64,000 nt of DNA from positions 81,034,001-81,098,000 of the forward strand of contig OZ260663.1 of the NCBI GenBank assembly GCA_965285935.1. The letters are read 5' to 3'. The notes beneath the pieces are model-generated. The model was not told the origin of the DNA. It saw only the letters and a program-made list of their open reading frames with translations, and ran no database searches. A program made the position numbers and the translations under genes. This document shows positions 62,391-64,000 of the stretch, piece after piece; the stretch's first letter is position 1; each line of letters opens with the position of its first letter. The stretch comes from Ophelia neglecta. Its lineage: Eukaryota.

Positions 62391-64000
62391 GCCGTCCAGT
62401 CGGTGTGTTTACTCGTCAAAGATACATTTTCAGTGTACCGGTCGGCTAAATTGAATGGGTATTTGCATTCTGGATTTTGTATATAATGTAATAACCTCTT
62501 CCAGTTGACGGATGAGACTCTCGGTTATAGCCTTTCTAAATGTATTTGTAGAAGCAATTGCGGTCGTTCACTTGACTATGATTGACAGAATTCTCTTAAT
62601 ATGTCAAAGTCGTTCATTGCTCTCTTTCCTCATGCAGCTCGCATGAAAAAACATAACACCAGTCGTGGAAAATGACTATAAAACAGGAAGTAGGTGGGAA
62701 AGAAATGGAGGACTGTTGCTTCGAAATGATCTAAATTTCAAATGAAATAAAGATAATATATCTAATGGCGATGTGTAATTTGAAATCACAAAAATCTGCC
62801 GGTGCCTTGCGGCGATATATGAATGTCAGTTTTAAGCTTTTGATGTTACATTTTAAATCATATTTCCCAGCATGGTATGAAGAGGCGGGTCTGGCTTAGA
62901 TTAGCGATGAGACAGCATGCAGGTAGATGTTAATTTGTGCCTCACCCCAAGTCAATTTGTAGGTGTTGTTAGGGGTTAGCGTCTTGCTGGGTGGGTGGTG
63001 AGGGGCCGAGTGGGTGGCGGGGGAAGGGGCGAGATGTCCCAGGGGGGTGACCCGTGACGAAGTGCCCGGAAGGAGTTGGAAAGGACGCGACATGATGGGC
63101 CCAACATCCGGGGACCAAAATGACCCCGAGACACCGGGCGCCCAGAGCCAGAACCTTCCTCTAATCGCAGCCGACAAATAAATCCATCACATCGCTTCCG
63201 ATTTAAGCTTGATTAACCTTACATCGGGGACTGATCGCCGATCGCAAATGTCGGCTTGAAAGATGGCCTCCTAAATTGGCAGGAATTGTACAAATGATCG
63301 TCCCACCGCCACCAGATTGATACAAATTAGGGCTTGATCCAAGGGTGGCTGAAATCCTCCCCAGGCGAACATTTCGGTGGGTTTAATCTGAACTCATATA
63401 CCATCCGGGACACTTTTTCCCGACGTGCACTGCGCACAACTTGCAGGAGCGTTCCAATATGGCCCCGTGGAGGGCAGCTACGTTTTTATATCAATTAATC
63501 TTCAAAGAGGAACGGTTATATTACCCGTCGTTCCATTCGACACAAAAATGTGTCCAATTTTGCCGAGATTGATCAAGTGCCGGTAAATTGAGTATAGCTC
63601 ACCACGAGGGAATTCTGAAATCGAGTAAGTTTAGTCGTCAAGCTCTTAAGTTGAAGGACTCCTTTGCCCTGGGTAGGCTAGGCTTCATAGGTTTATTAAG
63701 GTCAATTATAGATTTCTTTAGTATATTTAAGACTACATATTCGGCATGATGCAAAAAAAATACTTGTACTTTGCATAATTTATGTTCAAGTGTGGATAAA
63801 GATAAACGTTGCCCGCCTTTAATATAAAAAACAACAAAGCAAGGCTAAAAACGGTTAATATAGTTAACGTCGTGATGGAATTTTATCAAAGTTACACGTT
63901 GATAATTATTGCCCATATCGTGCAGCAGCGGTCTGAGGAATAAAACAACAAACAGTGTTTGTGCTATGTTTATTGATTAGTAGTTAGGAAATACATCCCC

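Overview
Eukaryotic (invertebrate bilaterian-looking, roughly 40% GC, CpGs not obviously depleted) window holding one complete, intron-rich gene on the + strand: an AP-2 / TFAP2-family transcription factor. Hand-splicing the exons 22577-22594, 23012-23482, 34477-34540, 44596-44803, 51310-51428, 55105-55246 and 58509-58812 gives an open 1326-nt CDS (441 aa + stop). All introns are GT-AG with matching phases (0,0,1,2,1,2). The protein has the PY motif (DFPPPYFPPP), the basic DNA-binding region and the helix-span-helix domain. A second candidate first exon (21685-21870) sits behind a triple-CCAAT promoter. The 3' UTR is about 2.1 kb. The 21 kb upstream and 3 kb downstream contain no recognisable coding exon but are dotted with GC/CpG-rich, TAAT-rich islands (candidate enhancers). 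The most striking unexplained signal is the 10-mer TGTCGTCTGC/GCAGACGACA. I found 21 exact copies plus 2 copies of the 9-mer core by eye, against about 0.07 expected by chance. They lie on both strands, in otherwise unrelated flanks, and repeatedly form short inverted pairs. Nearly all other ORFs in the six-frame track look spurious.
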